Assembly: GCA_029259115.1 (NCBI GenBank) | Contig: JAPDJO010000018.1 | Location: forward strand, 17,937-81,936 | Length of the DNA stretch: 64,000 nt | Direction: 5' to 3' | Source: Thermoplasmatota archaeon | GTDB taxonomy: Archaea > Thermoplasmatota > E2 > DHVEG-1 > B18-G2 | Shown: positions 27,849 through 37,631 of the stretch, piece by piece | Layout of the letters: each line of letters opens with the position of its first letter | Numbering within the stretch: the first letter of the stretch is position 1 | Translations under genes and position numbers: made by a program | The notes under the pieces: model-generated | What the model saw: the letters and a program-made list of their open reading frames with translations, nothing else | Databases searched by the model: none | Told to the model about the DNA's origin: nothing

Positions 27849-28577
27849 TCACGCTACAGGCAATCTTTCAAGTGCTATCTTTATCCTGGTCTTTGATAGG
27901 GATCTTACATTTACGTATACCATCTTATCTTGATAGCCAGGCGCACTCACATGTATCATATACATGCCTGGTTTCACTCTAGCCCTGAACATTCCCTTGT
28001 TAATCAATGGTATCCTACCCGTAGTCAGATTTATCATCGTAGAGTTTGATGGATCATCATCATAGTTTACAGATACAACAGTAACATTTGCTTTCTCCAC
28101 CTTCTTGCCAGTTGAGTTATCTATTACGCTACCTATCAACTTCCCTTTGAACTCAAATATCTTTGGTATAAGATTCAGGAAGGTTACGTTTAGAGTATCT
28201 TTGTCTAGGAGCTTCCATTTAGAAGAGTAGAGCCTGACCTCTATTACATGTGTGCCATAGATTCTCTCATTCATCCTGTACACATATGGAGGGTGGCTAT
28301 CTATGAACAAAGTCTCGTTGTCTATGAGAAAAGCTACCCTACAGCTTGCACAGTTATCTACTATAGCTTTAACAGTCAAAGGTCCTATCACGATCGTCCT
28401 ATTTCTCAATGACGGAAACTCCTTATCATTTATGTAGAGCTTTCCAGGCTCTGGTCTTTCCATCCTTATGACTGGAAAATGATCAACATGGTATGCGAAG
28501 CTCGCAAGTTCTAGACAACTCAATAGCACCAATATTCCTACGACTGTCCCAACAATCCTCCTCATACTATCAAACAT
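27849..28577 (-). CDS. secreted protein with Ig-like and carboxypeptidase-regulatory-like domains
   Basis: Signal peptide; G.L.G.VID..TG..V..A.V and PG.Y.I.VSAPGY. Confidence 0.65.
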   Translation of the reverse strand: MFDSMRRIVGTVVGILVLLSCLELASFAYHVDHFPVIRMERPEPGKLYINDKEFPSLRNRTIVIGPLTVKAIVDNCASCRVAFLIDNETLFIDSHPPYVYRMNERIYGTHVIEVRLYSSKWKLLDKDTLNVTFLNLIPKIFEFKGKLIGSVIDNSTGKKVEKANVTVVSVNYDDDPSNSTMINLTTGRIPLINKGMFRARVKPGMYMIHVSAPGYQDKMVYVNVRSLSKTRIKIALERLPVA

Positions 28578-28635
28578 TAAATCAAAATACGTATTATAAA
28601 ATTTTTCAAAATATTAAATTCCAGCAGAGGTAACC

Positions 28636-28757
28636 TTTATATACAGTTTTTTATATCCTCCCCTAACAGTTTCCTTTACCAGACCCTTTGGGATAAGATA
28701 TCCCACCGGCAGGCGATCGAAGTTTTGATTGCCTGCCGAAGGGTCACGGTAGAGGAA
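28636..28757 (+). promoter_or_regulatory. promoter and folded 5' leader of the ribosomal protein operon (candidate r-leader)
   Basis: TTTATATA 28636-28643; nested helices TTCCTTTACC/GGTAGAGGAA, GACCCTT/AAGGGTC, TGGGATA/TATCCCA, CGGCAGGCGATCGA/TTGATTGCCTGCCG. Confidence 0.75.
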
Positions 28758-28774
28758 GGAGAGGTAGATATCCT

Positions 28775-29764
28775 ATGCCAAAATATCACAGGCCAAGAAG
28801 AGGTTCCCTTGCGTATTCACCGAGAAAGAGAGCTAGATCGGAAGTACCGCATATCAAAAGCTGGCCAGAAGGAGGAGACAAACCAAAGGTTCAGGGATTC
28901 GCAGGATATAAGGCTGGAATGACGCATGTATTCGTAGTCGATTACAGACCAACATCCACAACCTCGGGGAAAGAGGTTATGGTTCCAGTTACGGTAGTAG
29001 AGACTCCTCCAATGAAGGTATGTGCGGTTAGAGCATATAAAGAAACGCCCTATGGATTACAAACTTTAACAGAAGTATGGACAGATAATTTAGATAAAGA
29101 ATTAGAAAGAAGAATACCGATGCCAAAGAAGTTCAACCAGGATTGGGATAAGTTTAATGGATGTGCTGATGTTAGGATTCTTGCTTACACTCAACCCAGG
29201 CTCGTTCCTTCTATTCCAAAGAAGAAGCCTGAGATAATGGAGATAAGGATAGGTGGAGGAACAATAGAAGAGAGAATAGAGTATGCAAAATCTCTACTTG
29301 GTAAGGAGCTAAACGTGAAAGATGTAATAAAAGAGGGGGACATGATTGATGTAGTTGCAGTAACAAAGGGCAAAGGTTTTCAAGGTCACGTTAAGAGATG
29401 GGGTGTAAAACTTTTATCTCACAAAAACTCGAAGCACAGAAGGATGATAGGTACCGCAGGCTCTTGGCATCCCAGCTTTATACAACCAACAGTACCCCAA
29501 GCTGGTCAGATGGGATATCATCAAAGGACAGAGTTTAACAAGAGGATTCTCAAGATAGGAGATAATGGCGAAGAGATCACGCCAGCCGGAGGATTTCCTC
29601 ACTATGGGATTGTAAGGAATCAGTATGTGATAATCCATGGCTCTATACCTGGTCCAGTTAAGAGATTGGTAAGATTTAGAGATGCTATTAGATATTTGAA
29701 GGGAGTAAAGGTAGAGAAACCTGAAATAACCTATATATCTACGATGAGTAAACAGGGTGTATAG
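28775..29764 (+). CDS. rpl3: 50S ribosomal protein L3 (uL3)
   Basis: HRPRRGSLAYSPRKRA, GYKAGMTH, TKGKGFQG.VKRWG, GQMGYHQRTE. Confidence 0.98.
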   Translation: MPKYHRPRRGSLAYSPRKRARSEVPHIKSWPEGGDKPKVQGFAGYKAGMTHVFVVDYRPTSTTSGKEVMVPVTVVETPPMKVCAVRAYKETPYGLQTLTEVWTDNLDKELERRIPMPKKFNQDWDKFNGCADVRILAYTQPRLVPSIPKKKPEIMEIRIGGGTIEERIEYAKSLLGKELNVKDVIKEGDMIDVVAVTKGKGFQGHVKRWGVKLLSHKNSKHRRMIGTAGSWHPSFIQPTVPQAGQMGYHQRTEFNKRILKIGDNGEEITPAGGFPHYGIVRNQYVIIHGSIPGPVKRLVRFRDAIRYLKGVKVEKPEITYISTMSKQGV

Positions 29765-29766
29765 AG

Positions 29767-30525
29767 ATGAAAGTCAATGTCTATGATCTGGATGGTAATG
29801 TAAAAAACAAGACCGAACTTCCAGAGATATTTGAAACTCCGTATAGGCCTGATGTTATCAAGAAAGCCTTCTGGATAGCGATGTCCAATAAAAGACAACC
29901 ATATGGAGCCGATCCTTTAGCGGGAAAAAGACATGCATGCGAGTGGCCTGGCAAAGGCAGAGGGATGGCAAGGATACCAAGATTGAATGGAGGTGTAGGT
30001 AGAGCTGTTCAAGCTCCTAACACTGTAGGAGGTAGAAGGGCTCATCCTCCAAAAGCTGAAAAGAACTGGAAAGAAAAGATAAATAAGAAGGAAAGGAGAC
30101 TAGCTATACTATCCGGTATAGCCTGCACCAAAGATGTAGAGTTAGTTAAGGCTAGGGGTCATAGGTTTGATGAGAAGATAACCTTACCTGTTGTTGTGGA
30201 TGATAAGTTTAAGGATCTATCAAAAACCAAAGATGTCATAGAGGTTCTAGAGAAGATAGGAGTATACGATGATATCATAAGGGCAAAGAATGGTAAGAAG
30301 ATAAGAGCTGGAAAGGGAAAGAGAAGAGGGAGAAAATATAGAGTGCCAAAATCCCTTCTTATAGTCTCTCAAGAGGGAAATATCCATAAGAGTGCAAGAA
30401 ACTTGCCAGGCGTAGATGTTGTTGAACCCTCTCAGCTCAACATAATGCACCTTGCTCCAGGAGGTGTGGCTGGAAGATTAATGATTATAACCGAAACAGC
30501 TTTGAAGATGTTGGGAGGTAGTTAG
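29767..30525 (+). CDS. rpl4: 50S ribosomal protein L4 (uL4)
   Basis: RPDVI, GRGMARIPR, GGRRAHPPK, LAPGG. Confidence 0.98.
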   Translation: MKVNVYDLDGNVKNKTELPEIFETPYRPDVIKKAFWIAMSNKRQPYGADPLAGKRHACEWPGKGRGMARIPRLNGGVGRAVQAPNTVGGRRAHPPKAEKNWKEKINKKERRLAILSGIACTKDVELVKARGHRFDEKITLPVVVDDKFKDLSKTKDVIEVLEKIGVYDDIIRAKNGKKIRAGKGKRRGRKYRVPKSLLIVSQEGNIHKSARNLPGVDVVEPSQLNIMHLAPGGVAGRLMIITETALKMLGGS

Positions 30526-30527
30526 CC

Positions 30528-30794
30528 ATGCTCTCCATAGATCCTTACGAGATAATACTTCATCCATACGTCACTGAGAAGACCCTCGAGGCTATAGAGA
30601 AGAATAACACCTTGGAATTTATAGTTAATATCAAGGCCAACAAACAACAGATTAAGGAAGCTGTTGAGAAAGCTTTCAATGTAAAAGTGGAATCCGTAAA
30701 CACTAAGATAACGAAGAGAGGAAAACATGCCATGGTTAAGCTCAAGCCAGAGTATAGTGCAGAAGAGGTTGGAATGAGGATAGGTATATTCTGA
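30528..30794 (+). CDS. rpl23: 50S ribosomal protein L23 (uL23)
   Basis: P.VTEK, N.LEFIV..KANK.QIK.AVE..F.VKV..VNT. Confidence 0.97.
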   Translation: MLSIDPYEIILHPYVTEKTLEAIEKNNTLEFIVNIKANKQQIKEAVEKAFNVKVESVNTKITKRGKHAMVKLKPEYSAEEVGMRIGIF

Positions 30795-30802
30795 GGGAGA
30801 TT

Positions 30803-31507
30803 ATGGGTAAAAGGATATTGTCTCAGAGGAGAGGAAGGGGAACATCAAAATTCAAGATACCCTCTCATAGATATCTTGGAGAGATAAAGTATCCATATGA
30901 TAAAGAATTTGAAGGAGTTGTGGAAGACATAGTAAGAGATGCGATTCATTCTGCTCCGATAGCGGTTGTGAGGTCACAAGAGGGTAAAAGCTTGATGTTT
31001 TTAGCTGCTGAAGGGATAAAGGTTGGAGACAAGATCAAGATCACAGACAGCGAGATAGCTATTGGAAATGTTTTGCCCATAGGAAAGATACCGGAAGGTT
31101 ATCCAGTATATAATATAGAGATGGAACCCGGAGACGGGGGTAAACTTGTGAGGGCTGCAGGATCATATGCTACCATAGTATCTCATACTGGAGACAAAAC
31201 CGTCATTCAGCTCCCATCTGGTGCATTTAAAACTCTATCATCGCAATGCAGAGCTACAATAGGCATACCCGCTGGTGGTGGAAGAGGAGAAAAGCCTTTC
31301 GTTAAAGCTGGAAAGAAGTACCATTATGCAAGAGCTAGAGGGAAGGTCTATCCTCTCGTTAGAGGTGTAGCTATGAATCCTGTTTCGCATCCTCATGGAG
31401 GAGGATCTCACCAGCATGTTGGTAGACCATCTACAGTTAGCAAGAATGCGCCTCCAGGGAGAAAGGTAGGATCTATTGGAGCTAGGAGAACTGGTAGGAG
31501 GAGATAG
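30803..31507 (+). CDS. rpl2: 50S ribosomal protein L2 (uL2)
   Basis: [39 protein letters not shown]. Confidence 0.98.
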   Translation: MGKRILSQRRGRGTSKFKIPSHRYLGEIKYPYDKEFEGVVEDIVRDAIHSAPIAVVRSQEGKSLMFLAAEGIKVGDKIKITDSEIAIGNVLPIGKIPEGYPVYNIEMEPGDGGKLVRAAGSYATIVSHTGDKTVIQLPSGAFKTLSSQCRATIGIPAGGGRGEKPFVKAGKKYHYARARGKVYPLVRGVAMNPVSHPHGGGSHQHVGRPSTVSKNAPPGRKVGSIGARRTGRRR

Positions 31508-31509
31508 AG

Positions 31510-31953
31510 ATGGCAGAGGAAAGATTATCTAGGAGACAGAGGAAGAGGAAAAAGAAGACCGAGATCGTAGGAAGAGAGTTCAGATACAGAGGTAAAACAC
31601 TTGAAGAACTGAGAGAGATGAGACTGGAAGAGTTAATAGAACTCCTACCAGCTAGAGCGAGAAGAACATTGAAGAGAGGTTTAACAAGGGTACAGTACAA
31701 ACTTTTAAAAGATGTTGAAAAGGCAAAGGAGGGAGAGGTAGTAAAAACCCATTGCAGAAATATGATCATTCTTCCATCCTTTGTAGGAAAAACAATAGGT
31801 GTTCACAATGGGAAGGAGTTTGTACCCGTAACTATTCAACCCGAGATGATAGGTCATTATCTTGGAGAATTTGCATTGACAAGGAAGAGAGTGAAACACT
31901 CTGGACCTGGAGTTGGAGCTACTAGAAGTAGTAAATACATGCCTCTGAAGTGA
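31510..31953 (+). CDS. rps19: 30S ribosomal protein S19 (uS19)
   Basis: [34 protein letters not shown]. Confidence 0.98.
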   Translation: MAEERLSRRQRKRKKKTEIVGREFRYRGKTLEELREMRLEELIELLPARARRTLKRGLTRVQYKLLKDVEKAKEGEVVKTHCRNMIILPSFVGKTIGVHNGKEFVPVTIQPEMIGHYLGEFALTRKRVKHSGPGVGATRSSKYMPLK

Positions 31954-32408
31954 TGAATATGAGAAGGTACTCTGTAAAGGATTTAAACCCTGAAAAAACC
32001 GCAAAAGCCTATGGCTACGAGCTGAGATGCTCACCAAAGCATTCCATGAACATAGCCAGAGCCATAAAGGGAATGAAGGTACCCGATGCCAAAAAATATC
32101 TGGAAGAAGTCATAAAGATGAAGAGAGCCGTCCCCTTCTTTACCCACAGAAGAAAGATGGGTCACAGAAGAGGCATGTGTTCTGGAGCATATCCACAAAA
32201 GGCTGCAAGATTCATTTTGAGAGTGCTAGAAAATGCTGAAAACAATGCTGAATATAAGGGCTTAGATCCAAACAACATGATAATATCTCATATATCAGCT
32301 TATAAAGGTAGGGAGATCGAAGGTATAATGCCCAGAGCATATGGTAGAGCAACGCAAAAAAATGAACAGACAACAAACATAGAGATTGTACTCGAGGAGG
32401 TGGAGTGA
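31953..32408 (+). CDS. rpl22: 50S ribosomal protein L22 (uL22)
   Basis: SPKHS..I.RAIKGM, YP.KAA, NAE.KGLD, PRA.GRA. Confidence 0.97.
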   Translation: MNMRRYSVKDLNPEKTAKAYGYELRCSPKHSMNIARAIKGMKVPDAKKYLEEVIKMKRAVPFFTHRRKMGHRRGMCSGAYPQKAARFILRVLENAENNAEYKGLDPNNMIISHISAYKGREIEGIMPRAYGRATQKNEQTTNIEIVLEEVE

Positions 32409-33271
32409 TGGCTACGGAGAAGAAGTTCGTCAGAGAAAATGTGAAGAGATTAATGATAAAGGAATACCTCAGAGAGAGAATCGCAGGCGCAGGATTCGGA
32501 GGAATGGATATACAGCGAACGCCTATGGGAACCAGGATATCCATACTCGTGGAAAGGCCAGGATTAGTCATAGGTAGAGGTGGATCAAACATAGCTAAAC
32601 TCACAGAAGAGATTAAAGAAAAGTTTGATGTTGACAATCCTCAGATAGAGATCATAGAGGCTGGAGATAAAGCTGCACTTAATGCTCAGATAATGGCAGA
32701 AAAATTAGCCGAGGCTTTAGAAAGAGGATGGCACTTCAGAAGAGCTGGACATTCAACAGTAAGAAGAATAATGGAGGCAGGAGCAAAAGGATGTCAGGTA
32801 ATAATATCAGGGAAGCTTACAGGAGAAAGACATAGAACAGAGAAGTTTACTCAGGGCCATGTAAAGTACTGTGGAGATATAGTGAAAGATGTTATGGATG
32901 AAGGATTTGCTGTAGCAAAGCTTAAACCTGGAGTTATTGGAGTAAAAGTTAGGATAATGAAGCCTGATGCAAAGCTGCCAGATGAGATATCTATAGTGGG
33001 TCCAGAGGCAGAAAAGAAAGAGGAAGCTGAAGAAGAGGCAAAGGAGGAAGAAAAGGAGGCCAAAGAGGAAAAGAAGGAGGAGGCAAAACTGACCGATCTC
33101 AAAGGAGTTGGAGAATCGATAGTCAAAGAATTGGAGAAACTAGGAATAAAATCCATAGAAGATCTCAAGGATATGTCCATCGAAGAATTAGAAAAGATAA
33201 AAGGTATAGGTAAGAAGACAGCTAAGGAAATCAAAGAACAACTCAAGAAAGTCTTAAAAGAGGTGGAGTAA
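32408..33271 (+). CDS. rps3: 30S ribosomal protein S3 (uS3) with C-terminal Glu/Lys linker and HhH domain
   Basis: RTP.GT.I.I..ERPG.VIGRGG, ALERGWHFRRA, SGKLTGER; tail LTDLKGVG...L.KIKGIGKKTA. Confidence 0.97.
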   Translation: MATEKKFVRENVKRLMIKEYLRERIAGAGFGGMDIQRTPMGTRISILVERPGLVIGRGGSNIAKLTEEIKEKFDVDNPQIEIIEAGDKAALNAQIMAEKLAEALERGWHFRRAGHSTVRRIMEAGAKGCQVIISGKLTGERHRTEKFTQGHVKYCGDIVKDVMDEGFAVAKLKPGVIGVKVRIMKPDAKLPDEISIVGPEAEKKEEAEEEAKEEEKEAKEEKKEEAKLTDLKGVGESIVKELEKLGIKSIEDLKDMSIEELEKIKGIGKKTAKEIKEQLKKVLKEVE

Positions 33272-33471
33272 TGGCGCTTAAGATTAAGGATATAAGAGAG
33301 ATGTCTCCCGAAGAGAGGGAGGAAAAACTTAAGGAATTGAGAGAAGAGCTCATGCATGAGAGAGGAGTAGCTGCTATGGGTGGATCTCCTCCCAATCCCG
33401 GAAAGATAAGGCAGCTTAGAAAATCTATATCTAGACTGCTTACCGTGATTAGGGAGGAAAAAGAGAAATGA
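33271..33471 (+). CDS. rpl29: 50S ribosomal protein L29 (uL29)
   Basis: IREMS.EER..KL.EL..EL, NPGKIR.LRK.I.R.LT. Confidence 0.97.
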   Translation: MALKIKDIREMSPEEREEKLKELREELMHERGVAAMGGSPPNPGKIRQLRKSISRLLTVIREEKEK

Positions 33472-33767
33472 GTGAGATATGCCCAAAATGTGGTCTGCCT
33501 AAAGAGATATGCGTTTGCGAAGAAATAGCAAGAGAGCAGCAGATAGTGGAGATAAAGATAGACAAGAGAAGGTATGGCAAAACAATGACCATAATAGAGG
33601 GTATAGACGAGAAGACCGCTGATATGAAGTCTCTGGTGAGTAAACTTAAATCGATATGCGCAAGCGGCGGGACCGTAAAAGATGGAAGAATAGAGCTGCA
33701 AGGAGATCATAGGAACAAGGTAAAAGAGTATCTCGAAAGCCTTGGCTACACGGTAAAGGTATCCTGA
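33468..33767 (+). CDS. sui1: translation initiation factor SUI1/aIF1 homolog
   Basis: CPKCGLP.E.C.C, RRYGK..T.IEG, LK..CA.GGT.K...IELQGDH. Confidence 0.95.
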   Translation: MSEICPKCGLPKEICVCEEIAREQQIVEIKIDKRRYGKTMTIIEGIDEKTADMKSLVSKLKSICASGGTVKDGRIELQGDHRNKVKEYLESLGYTVKVS

Positions 33768-33768
33768 G

Positions 33769-34044
33769 GTGATAACAGTGAAAGAAGAGACACTCTTGGT
33801 TAAAGGAGAGCTTATCGGGAAAGAAGTTAGGATAAAGGAGTGCAAAGATCCCTCATGGGTAGGTAAGATAGGAAAGATAGTGGATGAAACGAAAAACACA
33901 TTCAAAATAGAAATAGATGGAGAAGAAAAGATCATAGCTAAAGATATTGCGGTGTTTGAATTTAAGATAGGGAATAAAACATACGAAGTTGAAGGCTCAA
34001 GATTAAAATTCAGACCTGAAGAAAGGATAAAGAAAGCGAGGTAG
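33769..34044 (+). CDS. rnp1: ribonuclease P protein component 1 (Rpp29/Pop4)
   Basis: [25 protein letters not shown]; conserved operon position. Confidence 0.92.
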   Translation: MITVKEETLLVKGELIGKEVRIKECKDPSWVGKIGKIVDETKNTFKIEIDGEEKIIAKDIAVFEFKIGNKTYEVEGSRLKFRPEERIKKAR

Positions 34045-34048
34045 GAAA

Positions 34049-34396
34049 ATGGCCGAGAAAAAAGGAAGAGATATAGGTTTGGGCGTTCCAATACCAGAGA
34101 AGACATGCGATGATAAAAATTGTCCATTCCATGGAAGCTTATCGGTTAGAGGACAAATTATAACCGGAGAGGTTGTATCAGATAAGATGCAGAAGACCGT
34201 CGTTGTAAAGAGAGAATATCTATATTACATTCCAAAGTACGAGAGATATGAAAAGAGGACATCAAAGTATATGGCTCATTGCCCTCCATGCTTAGAGGTT
34301 AAAGTTGGGGATAAGGTGAAGATTGGTGAGTGTAGACCTATAAGTAAAGGAGTTTCATTTGTTGTCATCCAGAAATTAGAAGGTGAAAAGAGATGA
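34049..34396 (+). CDS. rps17: 30S ribosomal protein S17 (uS17)
   Basis: [35 protein letters not shown]. Confidence 0.98.
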   Translation: MAEKKGRDIGLGVPIPEKTCDDKNCPFHGSLSVRGQIITGEVVSDKMQKTVVVKREYLYYIPKYERYEKRTSKYMAHCPPCLEVKVGDKVKIGECRPISKGVSFVVIQKLEGEKR

Positions 34397-34791
34397 AAGG
34401 AATTCCTGGAAGAACTCATAGAGGTTTGCCAGTAGGAGCAAGGTTGGAATGCGTAGATAACACAGGTGCAAAGGAGTTGCAGATAATTATGGTTCCAAAG
34501 ATAAAGGGAGTGCATCGAAGATATCCTGCTGCTGGAGTTGGTGATTTGGTCGTTGCTAGCGTGAAGAAGGGAAAGATAGAGATCAGGAAACAAGTAGTAT
34601 ATGCGGTTATAGTTAGGCAAAGAAGACCTTACAGGAGACCAAATGGAGTTATGGTTCAGTTTGAGGATAATGCTGCTGTCATAGTAACACCAACTGGAGA
34701 AATGAAAGGATCGATGATAAAAGGGCCGGTCGCTCTCGAAGCAGCAGAAAGATGGCCCAAGATAGCTGCTAATGCATCTATGATTGTTTGA
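34393..34791 (+). CDS. rpl14: 50S ribosomal protein L14 (uL14)
   Basis: [31 protein letters not shown]. Confidence 0.98.
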   Translation: MKGIPGRTHRGLPVGARLECVDNTGAKELQIIMVPKIKGVHRRYPAAGVGDLVVASVKKGKIEIRKQVVYAVIVRQRRPYRRPNGVMVQFEDNAAVIVTPTGEMKGSMIKGPVALEAAERWPKIAANASMIV

Positions 34792-34801
34792 GGTGATAGA
34801 A

Positions 34802-35308
34802 ATGATAGAATCAAAGCAACCCAGAAAACAAAGGAAATTCCTCTTCAATGCACCACTTCATGTAAGGAGAAAATTCCTATCTGCCCATCTCTCAGACGAT
34901 CTCATAACAAAGTATAAGAGAAGGAGTTTTCCTATTGCAAAGGGAGATACCGTTAAAGTCGTGAGAGGTGACTTCAAGGGTCACACAGGAAAGGTTGCAG
35001 AAGTGGATCTTAAGAAAGGCATCGTTAAGGTTGAAGGAGTGTTGATAACAAAGGCTGATGGAAAGAGAGTGATGAGACCTCTACATCCCAGTAATCTCAT
35101 AATAACCAAGCTCAACCTTACAGATCCTGTAAGAAGGAAGAAACTAGAGAGAGGTGTATCAGAAGAGGTGAAAGAGGAAATAGAGAAGGAAGCCGAAGAG
35201 CAGATTAGAGAGATGGAAAAGGAACAGGAAGAGGTTAAAGAAAAAGAAGAGGAAAAGGAAGAAAAGGGTAGTGAAAAGGAGGTAAAAGAGAATGAGCAAA
35301 CATCTTAA
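34802..35308 (+). CDS. rpl24: 50S ribosomal protein L24 (uL24) with acidic C-terminal extension
   Basis: SKQPRKQRK...NAPLH, KGD.V.V.RG.F.G..G.V, HPSN; ATG 34802 after GAGGTGA. Confidence 0.97.
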   Translation: MIESKQPRKQRKFLFNAPLHVRRKFLSAHLSDDLITKYKRRSFPIAKGDTVKVVRGDFKGHTGKVAEVDLKKGIVKVEGVLITKADGKRVMRPLHPSNLIITKLNLTDPVRRKKLERGVSEEVKEEIEKEAEEQIREMEKEQEEVKEKEEEKEEKGSEKEVKENEQTS

Positions 35309-36017
35309 GAGATTAGCAGCACCAAGAGCCATGCCCATACCAAGAAAGATTGCAAAATTTACCATAAAACCATCTCCAGGTCCACATCCAGCAGATAGAG
35401 CTTTACCTCTCGGAATAATTGTCAGAGATCTATTGAAGTTATGCGATACCGGAAAAGAAGCTAAGAAGATCATAAAGAATGGAGACATACTTGTCGATGG
35501 TAGAGTCAGGAAAGATATCAAATTCCCCTGTGGATTGATGGATGTCATATCTATTCCAAAACTCAAAAAATCTTACAGAGTTTTGTTTGATCAAAGAGGG
35601 AAGTTAACGCTTGTTCCAATAGATGAAAAAGACGCAAAATGGAAGTTGTGTAGAGTAGAAAATAAAACGACTGTGAAGGGAGGGAAGACTCAACTGAATC
35701 TCCACGATGGCAAGAATCTATTGATAGAGAATGATGGTTATAAGACAGGTGATGTGATAAAACTATCTCTTAAAGATAACAAGGTCATCGATCACTATCC
35801 CTTAGAGAAAGGAATCTTAGCCCTGATAACTGGAGGAAAGCATATAGGAGAAGTCGCAACCATCGAAGAGATAACAGTAACCAAATCATCAAAGCCAAAC
35901 ATAGTCTCCCTAAAAGGAAAAAGCGGAACGTTTTCGACGATAAAGGATTATGTTTTCCCTGTTGGAAAGGAAAAGCCTGCTATCAATCTGCCAGAGGTGA
36001 GGATCGATGGAAGCTAA
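35292..36017 (+). CDS. rps4e: 30S ribosomal protein S4e (eS4)
   Basis: HLKRLAAP, PSPGPH, FP.GLMDVI, QLNLHDG.N, GG.H.G. Confidence 0.98.
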   Translation: MSKHLKRLAAPRAMPIPRKIAKFTIKPSPGPHPADRALPLGIIVRDLLKLCDTGKEAKKIIKNGDILVDGRVRKDIKFPCGLMDVISIPKLKKSYRVLFDQRGKLTLVPIDEKDAKWKLCRVENKTTVKGGKTQLNLHDGKNLLIENDGYKTGDVIKLSLKDNKVIDHYPLEKGILALITGGKHIGEVATIEEITVTKSSKPNIVSLKGKSGTFSTIKDYVFPVGKEKPAINLPEVRIDGS

Positions 36018-36513
36018 GTTCGAGCCCAGAGTCGCAAAGGTTACGATAAACATAGGCGTAGGAGAGGCTGGAGAAAGATTGGAAAAGGCTGAAAAGGTGC
36101 TGGAGATGCTCACCGGCAGAAAACCTGTAAAAACTATAGCAAAAAGAACAAACAAGGAGTTTGGTATAAGGAAAGGTATGCCTATAGGCTGTAAGGTTAC
36201 TCTTAGAAAGAAGGAAGCGGAGGAGTTTCTGAAAAAAGCTTTTGGTATATTGAATAACAAGATTCCGTCTTATTCTTTCGATGATGAAGGTAACTTCTCA
36301 TTTGGAATACCTGATTATACTCTTTTCCCCGACCAGAAGTATGATCCTGAGATAGGGATTTTTGGCATGGATATTTGTGTCACTCTAGAGAGGATAGGAT
36401 ACAGGATAAAACACAGAAAGATAAGGAGGAGGAAGATACCAGCAAAGCACAGGATAAAGAGAGAGGAAGCTATGGAGTTTGTTAAAAAGAGGTTCAACGT
36501 AGAGGTGATTTAG
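36007..36513 (+). CDS. rpl5: 50S ribosomal protein L5 (uL5)
   Basis: [45 protein letters not shown]. Confidence 0.98.
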   Translation: MEAKFEPRVAKVTINIGVGEAGERLEKAEKVLEMLTGRKPVKTIAKRTNKEFGIRKGMPIGCKVTLRKKEAEEFLKKAFGILNNKIPSYSFDDEGNFSFGIPDYTLFPDQKYDPEIGIFGMDICVTLERIGYRIKHRKIRRRKIPAKHRIKREEAMEFVKKRFNVEVI

Positions 36514-36668
36514 TGAAGATAAAGGAAAGGAAGAAGATCTATGGTAGAGTGAAGGGATGCGAGAGGTGCGGTAGAAAGAGAGGTATCATTAGAAGATATG
36601 GTTTACATCTATGTAGGCAATGCTTTAGAGAGGTTGCTGAAGAGTTAGGTTTTAAAAAGTATTCCTGA
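36513..36668 (+). CDS. rps14: 30S ribosomal protein S14 type Z (uS14)
   Basis: Below ORF-track cutoff; GTG start, 51 aa [51 protein letters not shown]; expected position between uL5 and uS8. Confidence 0.95.
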   Translation: MKIKERKKIYGRVKGCERCGRKRGIIRRYGLHLCRQCFREVAEELGFKKYS

Positions 36669-36681
36669 TTCGGGTGATAAG

Positions 36682-37071
36682 ATGCAGCACGATCCATTAT
36701 CAGATGCTCTCTCAGCAATAAAGAATGCAGAGATGAAAGGAAAGAGAAGATGTACAATAAAGCCTGCATCTAAACTCATAGGAAATGTACTTAGTCTAAT
36801 GAAGGAAGAGGGCTACATAAAGGAGTTTGAGTTTATCGATGATCACAAAGCAGGTTACTTTGAGGTGGAGTTAAAAGGAGCTATAAATGATTGTGGAGCT
36901 ATTAAACCCAGATATCCAATAAAGAGAGATGAGATGGAAAAATGGGAGTCTAGATACCTACCAGCGAGAGATTTTGGGATATTGATACTAACGACAAATC
37001 AGGGTGTGATATCAAATAAAAAAGCAAAGGAGTTGGGCATTGGCGGAAAACTTTTAGCTTATGTGTATTAG
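36682..37071 (+). CDS. rps8: 30S ribosomal protein S8 (uS8)
   Basis: DPL.DAL..IKNAE, GYI.EFE, G.IN.CG.IKPR, GG.LLAYVY. Confidence 0.98.
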   Translation: MQHDPLSDALSAIKNAEMKGKRRCTIKPASKLIGNVLSLMKEEGYIKEFEFIDDHKAGYFEVELKGAINDCGAIKPRYPIKRDEMEKWESRYLPARDFGILILTTNQGVISNKKAKELGIGGKLLAYVY

Positions 37072-37080
37072 GTGTCAACC

Positions 37081-37629
37081 ATGGCAAGGAAGAGACTTGA
37101 AGAGATAAGAAAAGTCCTTGAGATTCCGGATAACGTCGAGGTTAGAGTAGAAGAGGGGAATAAAGTATATGTTAAAGGAGAGAAAGGAGAGTTATTCAGA
37201 GAATTGACCCACCATAAGGTCGAGATAAGAAAAATCGACAACAAAGTAGAGATATACTGCAAGAAACCAAGGAGAAAAGACCTTGCGATGGTCGGAACAT
37301 GTTATGCCCACATAAAGAATATGATAAAAGGTGTAACCGAAGGTTTTGAATATAAGATGAAGGTTGTCTACTCTCACTTCCCTATAAAAACGTCAGTAAG
37401 TGGAGATCAATTCTTAATTCATAACTTCTTGGGGGAGAAAAAGCCAAGGGTTGCAAAGATACTAGATGGTGTGAGTGTTGAGATAAAAGGGGATCTGATC
37501 CTTGTTAAGGGTATAGACAAGGAAAAGGTTGGACAGACTGTAGCGAACATAGAGCTAGCTACAAGAGTTAAGAACAGGGATGTCAGGGTATTCCAAGATG
37601 GAATATACAGGATATCGAGAGGTGATTAA
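37081..37629 (+). CDS. rpl6: 50S ribosomal protein L6 (uL6)
   Basis: [35 protein letters not shown]. Confidence 0.98.
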   Translation: MARKRLEEIRKVLEIPDNVEVRVEEGNKVYVKGEKGELFRELTHHKVEIRKIDNKVEIYCKKPRRKDLAMVGTCYAHIKNMIKGVTEGFEYKMKVVYSHFPIKTSVSGDQFLIHNFLGEKKPRVAKILDGVSVEIKGDLILVKGIDKEKVGQTVANIELATRVKNRDVRVFQDGIYRISRGD

Positions 37630-37631
37630 GG

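Noticed and set aside
32851-34848. Long minus-strand ORFs (211, 294, 190 aa)
   Set aside because: Antisense shadows of ribosomal protein genes
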